This document shows positions 60,677 to 64,000 of a stretch of 64,000 bases of DNA, piece by piece; position 1 is the first letter of the stretch; each line of letters opens with the position of its first letter. The notes under the pieces were generated by a model that had not been told where the DNA came from, did not search any database, and saw nothing but the letters and a program-made list of their open reading frames with translations. This stretch comes from Candidatus Latescibacterota bacterium. GTDB taxonomy: Bacteria; Latescibacterota; UBA2968. The position numbers were made by a program, and so were the translations under genes. The stretch spans positions 6,720,001 to 6,784,000 of the forward strand of contig OZ240241.1 of assembly GCA_965198115.1 (NCBI GenBank), read 5' to 3'.

Positions 60677-62187
60677 CGTGCGCGAAAGTTGGCGGGTGTT
60701 CGGTGTTCAGCTGTTGCCGGCTTTGCCTGATTGCCTGTTGCTGTCTTCTGTCCTCTGGTCACGCGTGGGGTACCGGCGGACAGGTCGTCAGAGAAATCGA
60801 AATTGTTGGTCTTACCCGCACGCGACCTGAGGTCGTGATGCGGGAGTTGCTTTTCGGGCCCGGAGATCGGTTGTCTGCGTCGGTTGTCGACGAGACGGCA
60901 AGGAATCTCCGGGCGCTTCTGTTTTTGGGAGAGATCGACGTCCGTACCACGAGAGTTGATGCGGATACCGTCGACGTCACCGTCTCCGTTCGAGATCTGC
61001 ATTCAAGGGCGGTGACACCCCTGCTGTCGGGCGAGCCGGATGAACTGAGTTACGGGATAGTCGGGCTCGATTACAATCTTCTTGGATCCGGCCAGGTGCT
61101 CCAGTTGACGGGAAGACACGATGCCGTAACCGGCAACGGGGGAGAGATCTTTTATCGGGCACCGCGATGGCTGGGGTCGCGTTCAGGAATCACAGGGGTC
61201 GTCGGGTTCGGGGGTGAAGGCTATGACCTATCCATCCGTTTGGCCCGCCCGTTTTACCGATTAGCCGAACGATGGTCTTATGGCGTGAGCGCGAGTGGAA
61301 GCCGTTCGTTGGTGCGGCTCTACTCCGGACAGACCGAAACCGAACGGTATCAGGCGGACCGATTCGACACGATCGCTCGCGTGACTGGATCGTGGGGTGA
61401 TCGCGTGAAGATCAGACCCGGTGTGCAGATGTCTTTCGCGTATCGCCGATTCGATCCCGAGGCTGGCTTCAGCTATGCTCCCGAGGACCGTCGGCGGTCG
61501 ACTGCACTCGCAACGCTGACAATCTGGCGCCCGGTCTACGAGCACGTTCGCTACTACCGCTCCCTCGGACGCGTGGAGGATGTGCAAACAGGCAGCTGGG
61601 CGCAGATCTGGATCGGTGGGGCAGATGCGGCGATCGGTTCCGATCGGTCCTACGGCGTCTTGGGCGCGAGAATCGTTCCCCGGTTGGCCGTGGGCAAAGG
61701 ACGTTACCTGTTCGCGTCATTCGGTTTCAGCGGGCGTGTCAGTGGTGGTGGGCTGTGGCAGCGGCACGCTTCAGCCGAGGCCTTTGGCCATTGGAAGATC
61801 GAGGAGACGCACGCGGTTGCAATTCGGGGCAGAGCCGATGCCGTCTCGAGAACGGAGGACCGTACCCAACTGTTATTGGGACCCGAGCAGGGGCTGCGCG
61901 GGTATGCCTTGCGAAGGTTCGCAGGGACCCGGCGTTACGTCGTGAACGTGGAGGGACGAGTGACGTTGGTCCGACGACCGACCTTTACGGCGGGAGCCGT
62001 CGGGTTCGTGGATGGGGGTCGGGCGTGGTCGAGGGGGTCGGCGAAACGCGCGGTATGGGCTGCTGGATTCGGCGGACGGCTGGGGCTGTCGCGGGTCTAC
62101 GGTGCTCCCGTCATGAGAGCGGATCTGGGATACGGCTTCGAGGATCGGGCCTGGGTGTTGTTCGTTGGGTTGGGTCAGTATTTCTGA
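60649..62187 (+). CDS. Omp85 (BamA/TamA-like) outer-membrane protein with a POTRA domain
   Basis: GLTRT..VV.REL POTRA start, NLLGSG, LRGY motif, C-terminal GQYF. Start uncertain. Confidence 0.8.
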   Translation: MGDAIADAVACAKVGGCSVFSCCRLCLIACCCLLSSGHAWGTGGQVVREIEIVGLTRTRPEVVMRELLFGPGDRLSASVVDETARNLRALLFLGEIDVRTTRVDADTVDVTVSVRDLHSRAVTPLLSGEPDELSYGIVGLDYNLLGSGQVLQLTGRHDAVTGNGGEIFYRAPRWLGSRSGITGVVGFGGEGYDLSIRLARPFYRLAERWSYGVSASGSRSLVRLYSGQTETERYQADRFDTIARVTGSWGDRVKIRPGVQMSFAYRRFDPEAGFSYAPEDRRRSTALATLTIWRPVYEHVRYYRSLGRVEDVQTGSWAQIWIGGADAAIGSDRSYGVLGARIVPRLAVGKGRYLFASFGFSGRVSGGGLWQRHASAEAFGHWKIEETHAVAIRGRADAVSRTEDRTQLLLGPEQGLRGYALRRFAGTRRYVVNVEGRVTLVRRPTFTAGAVGFVDGGRAWSRGSAKRAVWAAGFGGRLGLSRVYGAPVMRADLGYGFEDRAWVLFVGLGQYF

Positions 62188-62198
62188 CTCGGGCGAAT

Positions 62199-63398
62199 CT
62201 ATGATGTCAGACGAAAAACAGAGCTTGCGATGTGACGCGTACCGCCGAGCCCGTTCCCGTCGTCCTGCATATAGTAGTAGGCGGTGAAAATGCGGCCATC
62301 GTCCAATTCCGTCGCTACGGGATACCCGATGTCCCAATCACTGGCGTCTGCTCGGATCACCGCTTCGGCAGACCACGTTTCCCCGTCATCATCGCTCACG
62401 ATGAGACCAATCCCGAACGGCGGATGACGACGCCCGAAGATGACGACGATCCGGCCGTCCCGCAGCAACAACGGCCACGGAGACCGGTAGAGAGGGCCGT
62501 TTCGACGGGCGCCAGGCCAGGCGTGATCGCGTGTCAGCGTGGTCCAGGGCGATTGGCCCCACGCAACAATGGGCTGCGGGAAACTCCAGCTGTATCCGCC
62601 ATCGTCGGAGTGGCACATCTGAATGGCGTTATGAATCCCACCGATGTTCAGCATGTAGCACTGGAGACGACCCGTTGGCAGCAGCAGCAATGCGCCGTAG
62701 GTGGGTCTTCCGAGACCCGTCGGATCGCGAGCGATTTCGGCGATGGGTTTCCACACGAGGCCATTGTCATCGGTACCGTAGACGACCAGGGCAGAGGTAA
62801 AGGGGGAAGGTCCGCAACTGGCGACCACGAGCTGTGTGGCATCGTCGAACTTTACAGGAGGGGCGCCGTCGACGTGCACGTAGTTCATTCGCGAGGGCGG
62901 GGAGACACGCGTGGGCACGCGTTCCCAGGTGCGGCCTCGGTCGGCGGAGCGGAAAGCGAAACATTCGATTGTCGGATCACCCTCAGTTCCCCGCGGACCG
63001 GTGGCGGGTCTAGCGAAGTAAACCAAGGCGTCTGAGCTGCTGAGATCGATCGTCTCGCGGGATACGTCGTGGTCGGCCACGCCCAGGATGGCGCGTTTCT
63101 CGTCCAGCGGTAAGGAATCGTCCCAGATCACGACCTCGTGTTTCGAGGGCCACGTCTCGCCGTGGTCGAGAGATCGTTGAAGGAAAATCTTTGCCCGCCC
63201 TTTGTAGCCGGACATGCCGTGCCCGACGTCGGTTCGCGCAGCGTATGCGCACGGGGCGTGGTGGTGGATCACCGTGATCTCACCATTCCCGAAGTTCCCG
63301 ATCGGGCATTGGCGAGGGTGCGCGCACATCCGATCCTGGCTATAGCAGAGCTTTTTGCCGTGACGGACGTCGGCAATTGCGCCCACCGGGCGCTTCAT
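62199..63398 (-). CDS. sialidase-family (BNR/Asp-box) protein
   Basis: Four S.D.G.TW Asp-boxes and a D.GYP motif. Confidence 0.82.
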   Translation of the reverse strand: MKRPVGAIADVRHGKKLCYSQDRMCAHPRQCPIGNFGNGEITVIHHHAPCAYAARTDVGHGMSGYKGRAKIFLQRSLDHGETWPSKHEVVIWDDSLPLDEKRAILGVADHDVSRETIDLSSSDALVYFARPATGPRGTEGDPTIECFAFRSADRGRTWERVPTRVSPPSRMNYVHVDGAPPVKFDDATQLVVASCGPSPFTSALVVYGTDDNGLVWKPIAEIARDPTGLGRPTYGALLLLPTGRLQCYMLNIGGIHNAIQMCHSDDGGYSWSFPQPIVAWGQSPWTTLTRDHAWPGARRNGPLYRSPWPLLLRDGRIVVIFGRRHPPFGIGLIVSDDDGETWSAEAVIRADASDWDIGYPVATELDDGRIFTAYYYMQDDGNGLGGTRHIASSVFRLTS

Positions 63399-64000
63399 TG
63401 CCGCACCAGTTTCTTCAACAGGTTGCTCGCCTCGGCCATCTCCCCATCGGGCCCAGGGGCAACGACACCCGTCCAGTAAATACTGCCTGTCGAGTCGATA
63501 CAGGTCGCGTGCCCTCGGATGTCGATCGACTGGGCCACTTTCCTGCCGTCCAGGTCGAAGAAACAGTCACCGGCAAGCACGCGATCTTCCTCGTCGAAAT
63601 TGATGTCAGGAGGCTTCAAAGCATGCCATTCTTCGATGAACCGGCCATCCTCGTCGAAAATCTGAACGCGGCCGTTCTCCCGGTCTGCTACGAGAACACG
63701 ATCGAGTGGGTCGATGTTGATGCCGTGGGGGAGTGCGAATTCACCGGGTCCGGTTCCTTCCGAGCCCCACGAGCAGATACGTTCCCCGTTTCGTGAGAAG
63801 CGATGGATGCGGAACTGTCCGTAGCCATCTGAGACGAAAATGTCGCCACCAGGGTTGGCAGCAGCCATAGTCGGTCGGTTGAACGGCATATCTGGGGCGC
63901 CGACCTGACCACGCTCCCCGAGCGTCATAACCAATTCACCATCTGTCGTAAACTGATGAATCAAATGATCTTCGATGTCGGTGATGAAGATCTCGTCCTC
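63395..64000 (-). CDS. NHL-repeat protein (peptidyl-alpha-hydroxyglycine lyase-like), partial at window edge
   Basis: FNRPT, VSDGYG, F.LPHGI, ADRENGRVQ.F motifs. Confidence 0.85.
   Translation of the reverse strand, partial: EDEIFITDIEDHLIHQFTTDGELVMTLGERGQVGAPDMPFNRPTMAAANPGGDIFVSDGYGQFRIHRFSRNGERICSWGSEGTGPGEFALPHGINIDPLDRVLVADRENGRVQIFDEDGRFIEEWHALKPPDINFDEEDRVLAGDCFFDLDGRKVAQSIDIRGHATCIDSTGSIYWTGVVAPGPDGEMAEASNLLKKLVRQ

Overview
GC-rich bacterial chromosome segment. The gene content (DUF6785-type membrane protein, many enolase, aldo-keto reductase and sialidase-like enzymes) suggests a Latescibacterota/Poribacteria-like lineage, but this is inference only. Intact housekeeping genes are purA, serA, a class-V aminotransferase, engB, clpX, clpP, tig and purF. 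They are interspersed with ten insertion sequences from seven element types (ISL3 x2, IS256-type A x2, IS256-type B, ISAzo13, IS200, IS630-type A, IS630-type B x2), about 12.6 kb in total and all within the first 50 kb. Removing each IS plus one copy of its target duplication restores several genes that the ORF track shows only as fragments: a Tat-exported ankyrin protein, an ~870-aa orphan secreted protein with a (PE)19 tail, a doubly hit membrane GAF-like protein, a pseudo-receiver, and an RpoD/RpoS-like sigma factor behind a consensus sigma-54/IHF promoter. Signalling genes carry most of the frameshifts, which may be real erosion or long-read indel errors. Other notable points: an IS630-type element with 3-bp TNA duplications and a hairpin-T4C6 recoding site, an unannotated CDGSH Fe-S gene starting at ATA, a 7-bp footprint inside one ISL3 copy, and several REP-like palindromes. 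No CRISPR array, rRNA or tRNA was seen, and no complete novel multi-gene system could be demonstrated from sequence alone.
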